Below are positions 1 to 9,058 of a DNA stretch of 54,136 nt, piece after piece. The first letter of the stretch is position 1. Each line of letters begins with the position of its first letter. The stretch covers positions 1 through 54,136 of the forward strand of contig JAPPHR010000013.1 of the NCBI GenBank assembly GCA_028820995.1, given 5' to 3'. Both the position numbers and the translations under genes were made by a program. This stretch comes from Rhodospirillales bacterium (GTDB lineage: Bacteria > Pseudomonadota > Alphaproteobacteria > UBA828). The notes under the pieces were generated by a model. That model saw only the letters and a list, made by a program, of their open reading frames with translations. It did not search any database and was not told the origin of the DNA.

Positions 1-469
1 AGACCGGGAAGGACTGCAGCACGTCCGAGATCCGCATCATGAACTCGGTCGCCCAGTTCCGGTAGAAGCCCGCGAGCAGCCCGAGGAAGGTGCCGATTAC
101 CAGCGAGATCAACGCCCCGCCCAAGGCAATCGTCATGTCCGCGCGCGGCGCCGAGATGACGCGGGAGAATACGTCGAGGCCGGACTGATCGGTGCCGAAC
201 CAGTGGGGCGGCGCCTCGCGCTGGCCGCTCACGGTCTCATAGAAGAGGCGCGGCCAGGTCTCGATGGGGGGCGGCGGCGTCGAGATCTCGCCGGTCGAGC
301 GTAGAGGGTCGTAGGGGCTGATGAGCGGGCCGAAGGCCGCGAGAAAGAGCGAGAGGGCGACGATCACAGCGCCGACGAGGAAGAAGCGATCGCTCCGCAG
401 CCGGGCCAGGAGGCCACGCCGGTCCACCGCCGGCAAGGCCGAGTTCGGTGCGCCCGTGAGATCGGTCAT
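1..469 (-). CDS. ABC transporter permease, DppC/OppC type (N-terminal part only; C-terminus lies beyond the window edge)
   Basis: Minus-strand ATG at 469, 16 nt after the stop of the preceding permease. My translation reads MTDLTGAPNSALPAVDRRGLLARLRSDRFFLVGAVIVALSLFLAAFGPLISPYDP...HWFGTDQSGLDVFSRVI..., the typical OppC N-terminal TM helix plus the FGTDxxGxDvfSR motif. Confidence 0.85.
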   Translation of the reverse strand, partial: MTDLTGAPNSALPAVDRRGLLARLRSDRFFLVGAVIVALSLFLAAFGPLISPYDPLRSTGEISTPPPPIETWPRLFYETVSGQREAPPHWFGTDQSGLDVFSRVISAPRADMTIALGGALISLVIGTFLGLLAGFYRNWATEFMMRISDVLQSFPV

Positions 470-485
470 GCCGCGCCCGCCCCGC

Positions 486-1517
486 TCAATACTTCACTCT
501 GGGATCGAGGTAGGCGTGGATGATGTCGAGCAGCAGGTAAATGAGGAGGGAGACGAGGGCGACGATCAGCACCACGCCCTGGATCGCCGGATAGTCGAAG
601 GAGAGGATCGAGCGGATCGCGTACTCGCCGATGCCGCCAAGCGAGAAGACAAGCTCCACGGTGACCGCGGCGCTCAGCAGCACGCCGTAGAAGATCCCGA
701 CCAGCGTGACCGCCGGCGTCAGCGCGGCGCGGAGTGCGTAGCGCCCCACCTGCCGCTTGGAGAGGCCGCAGCAGCGGGCGTAGAGGATGTAGTCCGACTT
801 CAGCGCGCGGATCATGTTCTGGCGCACCATTTTGGTGATCGCGCCGGAGACCACGAACACCTGGGTCAGAATCGGCAGCATCAGGTGATGGAGGGCCGAG
901 ACGAACGTGTCGAGGCGCCCCTGCAGCAGCGAATCGATGGTGAGGAAGCCCGTGATCACGCTCGGCTCGATGAGCAGCGGGTCGATGCGCCCGAGCGGCG
1001 GCGGCGCGATGCCGAGGATGAAGAAGAAGAGGAAGACGAACAGCAGGCCCCACCAGTAGTCGGGCTGGGCGCCGGCGAAGAGGCCCCAGACGAAGGCGAC
1101 GCGGTCGGCGATGCCGCCCGGCTTGGTCGCGCTCGCCATGCCGAGAGGGATGGCGATGAGGAACGAGATCAGCAGCGCGAGCGTGACCAGCTCCAGCGTC
1201 ACCGGCAGGAAGCGCCCGATCTCGAGGAACACCGGATCGCCGGTTACCCACGAGAGGCCGAGGCTGCCGTCGGCCAGCCCATCGGCGCCCTTGCCGGAGG
1301 AAAGGCCGAGGAAGCTCAGCAGCTGATCGACGACGGGGCGGTCGAGGCCGAGGGTCCGCTCGGCCTGGGCGTAGGCTTCCTCGCTGGCGTTGAGCCCCAC
1401 CAGCCGGGCCACGGGGTCGGCCGGCAGCAGCCGGATGAGGAAGAAGACCGCGAGCGCCACGCCGAGCAGCTGAAGCACGGCGATCCCGAGGCGGCGGAGG
1501 ACGAAGCGGCCGATCAC
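486..1517 (-). CDS. ABC transporter permease, DppB/OppB type
   Basis: 343-aa ORF. The N-terminus MIGRFVLRRLGIAVLQLLGVALAVFFLIRLLPADPV is the canonical DppB/OppB start. It is multi-TM and sits in series with a family-5 binding protein and a second permease. Confidence 0.9.
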   Translation of the reverse strand: MIGRFVLRRLGIAVLQLLGVALAVFFLIRLLPADPVARLVGLNASEEAYAQAERTLGLDRPVVDQLLSFLGLSSGKGADGLADGSLGLSWVTGDPVFLEIGRFLPVTLELVTLALLISFLIAIPLGMASATKPGGIADRVAFVWGLFAGAQPDYWWGLLFVFLFFFILGIAPPPLGRIDPLLIEPSVITGFLTIDSLLQGRLDTFVSALHHLMLPILTQVFVVSGAITKMVRQNMIRALKSDYILYARCCGLSKRQVGRYALRAALTPAVTLVGIFYGVLLSAAVTVELVFSLGGIGEYAIRSILSFDYPAIQGVVLIVALVSLLIYLLLDIIHAYLDPRVKY

Positions 1518-1533
1518 GGTCTAGGCCATGTGT

Positions 1534-1640
1534 CCCCACCTCTCCCCGACCCTCTCCTCCCCAGGGAGGAGAGGGAGAACAGGCGGCGCTGTCTGCGTTC
1601 CCCCTCCGCCTTTGGGGAGGGGGACAAGGGGAGGTGGGAG
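1534..1640. repeat. Nested polypyrimidine/polypurine palindromic element (two hairpins enclosed by an outer imperfect stem), REP/BIME-like
   Basis: Hairpin A: CCCTCTCCTCC (1550-1560) pairs with GGAGGAGAGGG (1565-1575), 4-nt loop. Hairpin B: TCCCCCTCC (1599-1607) pairs with GGAGGGGGA (1616-1624). Outer arms: CCCCACCTCTCCCC (1534-1547) and GGGGAGGTGGGAG (1628-1640) are near-complementary. Confidence 0.6.
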
Positions 1641-1694
1641 TCGCTCTTGGTCACCGCGTGGCCGCCGGCCGTCGCCGGGCCGCCGGCCGTTCGC

Positions 1695-2315
1695 TCACTG
1701 GTTGCCCTGGCCCCAGACGCTGATCACGTCGTCGGTGTCGACGATCTTGGCGAAGACCCAGGCCATGCCGGCGAGCGCGCCGTCGTAGCGGAGCTGCTCC
1801 AGCTCGCCGGTCGCGTCCTTCGGCACGAAGACCTTGTAGTCGCGCTGGCTGGCGTCGCGCACCGTCGTCTCGACGCAGATGTTGGTGGTCACGCCGCAGA
1901 CGACGAGGCTGTCGACGCCGAGGCCGTTCAGCAGCGGCTCGATGTTGGTGGCGTAGAAGGCGCTCGGCCGGTTCTTGTCGATGACCGTCTCGCCGTCCAC
2001 CGGCGCAAGCTCGTCCACGATCTCGATGTCCGGCGTGCCGGCGGCGAGCGAATCCACCTCGCGAAGCTGCGGCATGATGTAGTTCACGAGGATGCCGCCG
2101 TCGGCGTAGTCCGGCCGGTAGACATAGCGCGTGTGGATCACCGGGACGCCTGCCTGCCGGGCCGAGGCCAGCAGCCGCTTGCAGCCCGCCATCGCGGCCT
2201 TCAGCCCGGTGATGTCGATTCCCGCCTGCGCAAGCGAGCCCTCGTCCTCGAGGAAGGCGCGCTGCATGTCGATGACGACGAGCGCCGTGCGCTCCCTGCT
2301 GAGCTCCATCTCCAC
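1695..2315 (-). CDS. Isochorismatase-family cysteine hydrolase
   Basis: 206-aa ORF with ALVVIDMQRAF near the N-terminus, DKNRPSAFYAT, and VVCGVTTNICVETTVRDA (catalytic Cys context). These match the isochorismatase/nicotinamidase-like fold. Confidence 0.9.
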   Translation of the reverse strand: MEMELSRERTALVVIDMQRAFLEDEGSLAQAGIDITGLKAAMAGCKRLLASARQAGVPVIHTRYVYRPDYADGGILVNYIMPQLREVDSLAAGTPDIEIVDELAPVDGETVIDKNRPSAFYATNIEPLLNGLGVDSLVVCGVTTNICVETTVRDASQRDYKVFVPKDATGELEQLRYDGALAGMAWVFAKIVDTDDVISVWGQGNQ

Positions 2316-2339
2316 CGTTCCGGCCTCCCGCTCTCTGCC

Positions 2340-4028
2340 CTACTCGGCGGGGCGGAAGTCGTAGTAGTGGAGCGCGTTGTCCGGGTGCCAGACGACCCCG
2401 GTGACATCCGCGGACGTCGCCCAGTGGGTCTTGTATTCGAGGATCGGCACCATCGCGAGCTCCTCCATCAGCGTCTCTTGAATGTCGATCAGCGTCGCCG
2501 TGCGCTTGGCGTCGTCCGCCTCGTTCAAGGTGGCGAAGAGCGCGTTGTCCACCGCCTCGTTGCTGTAGTTCATGGCGTTCATGATCCCGCCCTTGGCCGC
2601 GGTCACGTAGCTGAGCAGGATGCCGTAGGCGGCGTCGACGCCGATCGGCTTCACGTGGTCGGTCAAGCCGAGCGGCATGTCCTTCTTGACCAGCTCGCGC
2701 TCGCCGTACTGGGTCTGCGGGATGGGGTCCAGCTCCATCTCGATTCCCACGTCGCGGAGCGCCGTCTGCAGCACGGTCGCGGTGGGGCCCAAGGCCGATT
2801 CCTTCTCGGCGATGTAGGTGATCCTGAGCGCGTCGGGGAAGGCCTCCAGGCCCTGGCCCTCGGGATAGCCGGCTTCTGCCAGGTACGCGCGGGCCTTCGC
2901 CTGGTTCTCCTCGTACTGCACCGAGGCCTCGTGGTAGCCCGGATAGGTCGTCGGGATCATCCCCGGCCACTTGCGCGCCTTGCCGAAGTAGCTGGTGGAG
3001 ATGACCTTGTCGTAGGGCACCGCGTGGGCCAGCGCCTTGCGCATCGCCAGGTTGTCGTAGGGCGGCACCTGGTAGTTGACGTAGAGGAAGAGGTTCTCGT
3101 TGCCGTAGGCGCTGACGACCTTGACGCCGTCGATCTTGCTCAGGCTGTCGTATTCCTTGGGCGTCAGCCGCTCGGCGATCTGCGCCCGGCCCGACTGCAG
3201 GATGGCGACGCGGTTGGCGCTCTGCGGCACCTTCCGCAGCACGACACGGTCATAGGCTGCGGGGCCCAGGTAGTAATCCGGGTTCGCCTTCACGGTGAAG
3301 CCCGCGCCCTTGTCCCAGTTGTCCAGGCACCAGGGGCCGAAGCCCGGCGCGTTGACGTTGTTGTTGTAGGTGTGGCTCCAGGGATCCTCCTCGGTCGCGT
3401 TGGCCTCCATGGTCTCCTTGTCGTAGATGTAGAGGCCGAAGATGGTGAGCACGCGGAGGAAGAGCTGGTTCGGCCCGGACTGGCGGATCTGCACCGTGTA
3501 GTCGTCGATCTTCGTGACCTCGTCGCCGAGGGTGCGCGCTGCGGCGCCGGATTCGTCCTGGGCGAAGACGGCCGGGGTGAAGCCGTCGATCGAGCCCACA
3601 TTGGAGAGGAACCAGCCGATCGGCGCAGCCCCGCTCACCGACTTCGCGCGGGCGAAGGTATAGACCACGTCGTCGGCGTTGAAGGTGGCGCCGTTGCAGC
3701 CCTTGACGCCCTGGCGGAGCTTGAACGTCCAGGTGAAGGTCTCGGGGTCGTAGGTCCAGGATTCCGCGAGCCTGCCCTCGAACTTGTTGAAGTCGAGGAG
3801 CTGCACGCCCTCCTCGTTCACCTCGCCGTGCGCGTAGTAGACCAGCGGCTCCAGCAGGTTCGCGATGCCGCCGTAAGTCGGGATCAGCGATGCCGTCGGC
3901 CCGTCGTAGTCGAGACCGGCGGGAATGTCGTCGGCCAGGACCAGCAGGTCCTTGGCCTGCGCCGCACCGGCCATGCCGATGGCAGCCACGATTGCGACGA
4001 GCACGCGGTGCAGCCATGAAATGTGCAT
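2340..4028 (-). CDS. ABC transporter substrate-binding protein, family 5 (peptide/nickel type)
   Basis: The 2340..5912 ORF is trimmed to the ATG at 4028, preceded by GGAGGGA. The signal peptide is MHISWLHRVLVAIVAAIGMAGAAQA. Length (562 aa) and sequence are typical of DppA/OppA-like SBPs. Confidence 0.9.
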   Translation of the reverse strand: MHISWLHRVLVAIVAAIGMAGAAQAKDLLVLADDIPAGLDYDGPTASLIPTYGGIANLLEPLVYYAHGEVNEEGVQLLDFNKFEGRLAESWTYDPETFTWTFKLRQGVKGCNGATFNADDVVYTFARAKSVSGAAPIGWFLSNVGSIDGFTPAVFAQDESGAAARTLGDEVTKIDDYTVQIRQSGPNQLFLRVLTIFGLYIYDKETMEANATEEDPWSHTYNNNVNAPGFGPWCLDNWDKGAGFTVKANPDYYLGPAAYDRVVLRKVPQSANRVAILQSGRAQIAERLTPKEYDSLSKIDGVKVVSAYGNENLFLYVNYQVPPYDNLAMRKALAHAVPYDKVISTSYFGKARKWPGMIPTTYPGYHEASVQYEENQAKARAYLAEAGYPEGQGLEAFPDALRITYIAEKESALGPTATVLQTALRDVGIEMELDPIPQTQYGERELVKKDMPLGLTDHVKPIGVDAAYGILLSYVTAAKGGIMNAMNYSNEAVDNALFATLNEADDAKRTATLIDIQETLMEELAMVPILEYKTHWATSADVTGVVWHPDNALHYYDFRPAE

Positions 4029-4307
4029 TGTCGATCCCTCCCTGCGCGACAGGCTTGTTCCGTTGTCCGCGAGGCGCCGCTCCCGGCGATCCTCTCTCGA
4101 CTGCCGCATGCGAAGCTTGCCGTCGGCGGGCGCGGCGGCGCAAGGGTTTTTCGCTTTCCGCACACTTGTGGTCGCGGGTGCAAAATCCCCCGGAACCGCT
4201 CGATCATGACCCGATTGCAATGACACGATAGCCAAACCTTGATACCGTTCCCCATCCAATGACGTTCGACCATCATTGGGTACGCAAGGCCATTGGAGGG
4301 ATACGGG

Positions 4308-5183
4308 ATGAGACCACCACCGTTTTCCTATGCGGACCCGAGCACGGTCGACGAAGCGCTGGACCTGCTGGCCCAGCATGGCGACGACGCCACGATCCTC
4401 GCGGGCGGCCAGAGCCTGGTGCCGCTCCTCAATTTCCGGCTCGCGCAGCCCGCCGTCATCGTCGACATCAATCGCATCGCCGACCTCGCCTATATCGAAC
4501 GACGCAACGGCGCGTTGGAAATCGGCACGTTGACCCGTCAGCGCGCCGTGGAACGGTCGGCGGCGGTGAGCGAAGCCTGTCCGCTGCTCGGCGAGGCGGT
4601 CGCGGATGTGGGGCATGTGCAGACCCGCAATCGCGGGACGGTCGGCGGCAGCCTTGCCCACGCCGACCCGACCGCCGAAATCTCCGCGGCGGTGACCGCG
4701 CTCGGCGGGAGCCTGCGGCTGCGCAGCGCGAGCGCGGAGCGAACGCTGACCCCGGACGAGTTCTTCGTGAGCAACCTCATGACGGCGATCGAGCCGGGCG
4801 AGATGCTGGTTGCGGTCGCGCTTCCGGTGTGGCCCGCAGGCACCGCGACCTGCTTCAACGAGTTCAGCCGCCGCCAGGGGGACTTCGCCCTCGCCGGCGC
4901 CGCCGCCGCGCTGACGTTCGGCGGCGATGGACGCATCGAGCGGGCGGGCCTCGGCCTCCTGGGCGTGGGCGATCGGCCCTTCGACGGGGCTGCGATCGCA
5001 AGCGAGCTGCTTTGCGGCGAGAAGCCCAGTGAAGCCGCCGTTCAGGCGGTGGCGGAGCGCGTGCAGAGCAGCGTGGATCCGCTCTCCGACATTCATTCGC
5101 CGGCGGACTACCGCAGGCACCTGGCTGGCGTGGTGACCCGGCGGGCGCTGCAGGGCGCGATCCGGCGCGGGACATCTGGGTGA
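4308..5183 (+). CDS. Xanthine dehydrogenase-family FAD-binding (medium, CoxM/CutM-like) subunit
   Basis: MRPPPFSYADPSTVDEALDLL..ILAGGQSLVPLLNFRLA is the standard FAD_binding_5 N-terminus. ATG 4308 is preferred over TTG 4293 because GGAGGG lies at 4295-4300. Confidence 0.85.
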   Translation: MRPPPFSYADPSTVDEALDLLAQHGDDATILAGGQSLVPLLNFRLAQPAVIVDINRIADLAYIERRNGALEIGTLTRQRAVERSAAVSEACPLLGEAVADVGHVQTRNRGTVGGSLAHADPTAEISAAVTALGGSLRLRSASAERTLTPDEFFVSNLMTAIEPGEMLVAVALPVWPAGTATCFNEFSRRQGDFALAGAAAALTFGGDGRIERAGLGLLGVGDRPFDGAAIASELLCGEKPSEAAVQAVAERVQSSVDPLSDIHSPADYRRHLAGVVTRRALQGAIRRGTSG

Positions 5184-5195
5184 AAGGCTGATCGG

Positions 5196-5672
5196 ATGGA
5201 CAACGAACGCAATATCGACGTCACCGTCAACGGCCGCTCTCACAGTGCGAATGTCCCGGCGCGGCGGCGGCTGTCCGAGTTCATTCGCGACGATCTGGGG
5301 CTCACCGGTACCCACGTCGGCTGCGAGCACGGCGTCTGCGGCACCTGCACCGTGCAACTCGATGGCGAGACGGTGCGCTCCTGCCTGATGTTCGCGGTTC
5401 AGGCGGACGGCGCCGAGATCATGACGGTGGAGGGGCTGGCGGACGGCGGTGCCCTGCATCCGATCCAGGAGGCCTTCTGGCAGGAGCACGGCCTGCAATG
5501 CGGCTTCTGTACCCCCGGCATCCTGATGACGGTCCACGAGTTTCTCCTGGAGAACAAGGGTCCGTTGGAAGAAGAGATCCGGCACGCGCTTTCCGGCAAC
5601 CTCTGCCGGTGCACCGGCTACCAGAACATCGTGAAGGCGGTCGAGACGGCTGACCGCCTGTGGGAGCGTTGA
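5196..5672 (+). CDS. (2Fe-2S)-binding small subunit (CoxS/CutS-like)
   Basis: 158 aa with two Cys clusters: GCEHGVCGTCTV and CGFCTPG...CRCTGY. Confidence 0.9.
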   Translation: MDNERNIDVTVNGRSHSANVPARRRLSEFIRDDLGLTGTHVGCEHGVCGTCTVQLDGETVRSCLMFAVQADGAEIMTVEGLADGGALHPIQEAFWQEHGLQCGFCTPGILMTVHEFLLENKGPLEEEIRHALSGNLCRCTGYQNIVKAVETADRLWER

Positions 5673-5673
5673 C

Positions 5674-8001
5674 ATGGGCGCAACAATGATCGGCGAGCGC
5701 GTCAAGCGCCTCGAGGACCCCCGCCTCCTCACCGGGGAGGGCGGGTTCGTCGACGACATACAGCTTCCCAACACCCTGCACGCGGCATTCCTGCGCAGCC
5801 CGCACGGCAATGCCCGTATCCGCGGGATCGATCTCTCGGCGGCACGCGCGGCGCCGGGCGTGGTGGACGCCTTCAGCCTGTCCGACGGCTGGCCCGACGC
5901 GCCGCCGACCATACCCGTGCTGGCGCCCGTCGACGGGCTGCTGCCGTGCCCGCAATACCTGCTGGCCCGCGACCAGGTGCGCTACGTGGGCGAGGCGGTG
6001 GCCGTGATCGTCGCGGAAAGCCGCGATCTCGCCGAGGACGCGATGGAGCTTGCCGAGGTCGACTACGAGCCGTTGCCTGCCATTGCGACCATGGAAAGCG
6101 GGATGGCCTCCGGCGCGGAGGTGCTGCACGACACCGTGCCCGACAACGTCGCCGTCCGCTGGACGCAGGGGATCGGCGACGTGGCGGAGGCCTTCGACGG
6201 CGCCGCTCACGTCGTCAGCGACACATTCAGGATGCAGCGCTACACCGGCGTGCCGATGGAGGGGCGCGGCACGCTCGCGACCCAGGACCCGGTGAACGGA
6301 GAGCTCACCGTCTGGACTTCCGGCCAGTGGCCGCACACCCAGCGCGCGCTGACCGCCGCACTGCTCGGCCTGGAGGAAAAGAGCATCCGCGTCATCCAGC
6401 CGGAGGTCGGCGGTGGCTTCGGGGTCAAGGTCGAGCTCTACCCGGAAGACGTCCTCATCCCGTTCGCGGCGCTTCGCGTCGGCCGACCGGTGAAGTGGAT
6501 CGAGGATCGGCGCGAGCACATGCTCACGGTCGTCCATGCCCGTGAGATGGATATAGACCTCTCGGTCGCGCTGGAGGCGGATGGAACCATTCGCGGCATG
6601 CGCTGCCGGCTTCTCAGCGATCAGGGCGGCTACTTCCGCACCCTCGGCACGGTCAATCCGTCGCTGGCGATAACCAGCGTGCCCGGCCCCTACCGGATCG
6701 AGAATTACGAGGGCGAGGTGGTGTGCGTGCTCACCAACAAGAGCCCGTCCTCGCCCTACCGCGGCGCCGGCGGGCCCGAGGCCGTGTTCGCGCGCGAGCG
6801 GCTGTTCGATATGGCGGCCCGCGAGATCGGCATGGACCCGGCCGCGTTTCGCGAGAAGAACATCTTGCCGGCCGATGCGATGCCTTACGACACCGGCCTC
6901 GTATCGGTGGAATCGACCGTGGTGTTCGATTCCGGCGACTTCCCTGCCGGGCTGCAGCGGGCGCTCGATGCCATCGACTACGCCGGTTTCCGGGCCGAGC
7001 AGGCGCGCGACCGGGAGCAGGGCAGGTTGCGCGGGCTCGGCATCTGCGTCTACACCCAGATGGCCTCCGTCGGCCCTTACGAGAGCGCCGAGGTGCGTGT
7101 CGACGGCGGCGGCAAGGTCGCGGTGGTGAGCGGCGCAGCACCCCAGGGCCAGGGCACGGGAACCGCATTGGCGCAGGTGGTGGCGGACCAGCTGGAGGTG
7201 CCGCTCGATCAGATCACCGTGACCTTCGCGGACACCGCGCGCATCCCCTTCGGCGTCGGCACCTATGCGAGCCGCAACGCGGTGATGGCGGGCTCGGCGA
7301 CTCTGGTGGCGTCCGAGCGCGTGCGCGACAAGGCGATTGCGGTGGCGGCCCATCTGCTCGAAGCCAGCGAGGCGGACGTCGAGTGGCACGAGGGAACGGC
7401 GCGGCTCAAGGGCGTCGCCGAGAAGAGCCACACGCTGGCGGAACTCGCCCAGGCGGCGGGGCCCGGCGGCAACCGGCCGGAGGGCATGGAGCCGGGGCTG
7501 GAGATTCGCCACTATTTTGAGACCCTGGATGCGCCCTTCGCCTTCGGCGTTCACATCGCAGAAGTGGAGGTCGAGCCGGAAACGGGGGACGTGGACATCA
7601 AACGTTACGTTGCGTTCAGCGACTGCGGCCGGCTGATCAACCCGATGATCGTCGAAGGGCAAATCGTGGGCGGCATCGCGCAAGGGGTGGGCGGCGCTCT
7701 GCTCGAAGAGCTGGTCTATGACGAGGACGGCCAGATGCTGAGCGCGAACCTCGCGGACTATCAGCTGCCGACCAGCCTCGACCTGCCGAACGTCGAGATC
7801 AGCCACGAGGAATCGCCGTCGCCCCTCAACCCGCTCGGCGCGAAGGGGATCGGCGAGGGCGGCGCGATCGCGGGCCACGCCGTGATCGCCAACGCTGTGG
7901 AAGACGCTATCGCCCACACCGGCGCACGGGTCCGCGAGACGCCGCTCAGACCGGCTGCGGTCTGGAAGCTGATGCAGGAGGCCGGCGCTGCTTCCTCTTA
8001 G
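5674..8001 (+). CDS. Molybdopterin-binding large subunit of a xanthine dehydrogenase-family hydroxylase
   Basis: 775 aa. IGERVKRLEDPRLLTGEGGFVDD N-terminus, internal SSPYRGAGGPE loop, C-terminal GAKGIGEGG. It starts 2 nt after the small-subunit stop. Confidence 0.9.
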   Translation: MGATMIGERVKRLEDPRLLTGEGGFVDDIQLPNTLHAAFLRSPHGNARIRGIDLSAARAAPGVVDAFSLSDGWPDAPPTIPVLAPVDGLLPCPQYLLARDQVRYVGEAVAVIVAESRDLAEDAMELAEVDYEPLPAIATMESGMASGAEVLHDTVPDNVAVRWTQGIGDVAEAFDGAAHVVSDTFRMQRYTGVPMEGRGTLATQDPVNGELTVWTSGQWPHTQRALTAALLGLEEKSIRVIQPEVGGGFGVKVELYPEDVLIPFAALRVGRPVKWIEDRREHMLTVVHAREMDIDLSVALEADGTIRGMRCRLLSDQGGYFRTLGTVNPSLAITSVPGPYRIENYEGEVVCVLTNKSPSSPYRGAGGPEAVFARERLFDMAAREIGMDPAAFREKNILPADAMPYDTGLVSVESTVVFDSGDFPAGLQRALDAIDYAGFRAEQARDREQGRLRGLGICVYTQMASVGPYESAEVRVDGGGKVAVVSGAAPQGQGTGTALAQVVADQLEVPLDQITVTFADTARIPFGVGTYASRNAVMAGSATLVASERVRDKAIAVAAHLLEASEADVEWHEGTARLKGVAEKSHTLAELAQAAGPGGNRPEGMEPGLEIRHYFETLDAPFAFGVHIAEVEVEPETGDVDIKRYVAFSDCGRLINPMIVEGQIVGGIAQGVGGALLEELVYDEDGQMLSANLADYQLPTSLDLPNVEISHEESPSPLNPLGAKGIGEGGAIAGHAVIANAVEDAIAHTGARVRETPLRPAAVWKLMQEAGAASS

Positions 8002-8909
8002 CCCACTCCACCTGTGGCTCTGGGCAAGCGAGCTCGGCGGTTCCGGTGCAGCTGGTAGCCGGAATGGCCGGCGAGTGTGACCAGGACCACGGTGCCGCCG
8101 ATCACGGTGAGTAGCGGCGGCTCCTCGTTCAGCACGATCCAGACCCAGAGCGGGCCGAGCACGGTCTCCAGCAGCGTGAGGAGAGCGACCTCGGGCGCCG
8201 GCAGATAGCGCGGCCCCAGCGTGATGAGCCCGAACGAGAGGGGCAGAACGACGAGCCCCATGGCGGCGACGTAGCCTGCGCTGCTCCAGGGGACCGAGAG
8301 AGGCGAGGCGACGGCGAGCACGGCGAGGCCGGCCACCAGGCTGCCGAGCGCCGTCGCGGGGATCAGATTGATCGCCCGGGCCGCGCGCAGGATCACGAAC
8401 ACGCCTGCCATCGTGATCGCGACCGAGACGGCGGCCAGGTCGCCCAGCAGCGTGCCGCGGCCGACGCCGTCCCACACGACGATGGCGATCCCGCACATTG
8501 AGAGAAAGATCACCAGCCAGAGCTCGAGGCTCACCCGCTCGCGCAGGAAGATCCAGGCCAGCAGCGCCGTGATGACCGGCGTGGTCGCCAGGATCACGAG
8601 CGTGTTCGCGACGCCCGTGTTCGAGATGGCGACGACGAAGAGAATGCCGTTGATGCCGAACAGGAAGGCCATGCCGAGCCCGGCCCAACCGATAGCGAGG
8701 AACACGCGGATCGTCCTGCGCCGGTAAACGACCGCGAGGCCGAGCATGAGCGCGAGGCCCAGCGACAGATCACGCCAGAAGGTGATCGTCCAGACGTCGA
8801 GGTCCGCGAGGCGAATCAGGAGCGTGTCCGGAGTCAGCACGATAACGCCGGTCCCGGTGATGATGAGCCCGCGTGTGTGCGTCGCCAAACCGCTCCAACG
8901 GAACATCAC
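7998..8909 (-). CDS. DMT-superfamily (EamA-like) transporter
   Basis: 303-aa hydrophobic ORF with about 10 predicted TM segments in a duplicated EamA-like pattern. Its 3' end overlaps the converging large-subunit gene by 4 nt. Confidence 0.85.
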   Translation of the reverse strand: MMFRWSGLATHTRGLIITGTGVIVLTPDTLLIRLADLDVWTITFWRDLSLGLALMLGLAVVYRRRTIRVFLAIGWAGLGMAFLFGINGILFVVAISNTGVANTLVILATTPVITALLAWIFLRERVSLELWLVIFLSMCGIAIVVWDGVGRGTLLGDLAAVSVAITMAGVFVILRAARAINLIPATALGSLVAGLAVLAVASPLSVPWSSAGYVAAMGLVVLPLSFGLITLGPRYLPAPEVALLTLLETVLGPLWVWIVLNEEPPLLTVIGGTVVLVTLAGHSGYQLHRNRRARLPRATGGVG

Positions 8910-9058
8910 GGTTACCCTCGCCGCCCCGGAGGTGGTTGCCGTCCCGGCGAATACTAGCCCGCATGGCGCGCCCGGGTTACCGCCTGCGCCGAGCGCCGAC
9001 CTTGTCGCCGGCTGGGGCGGACCCTTAGGATCGGCGCCGCAACGAGGGACGGAGCACC

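Noticed and set aside
1534-1640. The hairpin clusters (here and at 35231-35373) as a CRISPR array
   Set aside because: There is no regular repeat-spacer periodicity. The arms are inverted rather than direct repeats, and only one or two units are present.
321-4019. 1232-aa ORF on the + strand
   Set aside because: It lies antisense to four well-supported minus-strand genes (two permeases, isochorismatase-family gene, SBP). Its translation is low-complexity and Arg/Gly/Ala/Asp/Glu-rich with no motifs. This is the usual stop-codon-poor antisense frame of a high-GC genome.
4029-5912. N-terminal extension of the 2340..5912 ORF (1190 aa)
   Set aside because: Only the last 562 codons look like an SBP. 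A signal peptide begins exactly at the ATG at 4028, which has a GGAGGGA RBS, and the extension overlaps the coxM/coxS-like genes in antisense.
4308-8001. Calling the M-S-L cluster an aerobic CO dehydrogenase (coxMSL)
   Set aside because: The large subunit has PYRGAGG rather than the AYRCSFR (form I) loop, and no coxD/E/F/G-type genes are nearby. Only the generic xanthine dehydrogenase-family assignment is supportable.
5419-8688. 1089-aa ORF on the - strand
   Set aside because: It lies antisense to the molybdopterin large-subunit gene and runs into the EamA gene in another frame. The composition is junk-like, and the opposing + strand ORF has clear family motifs.
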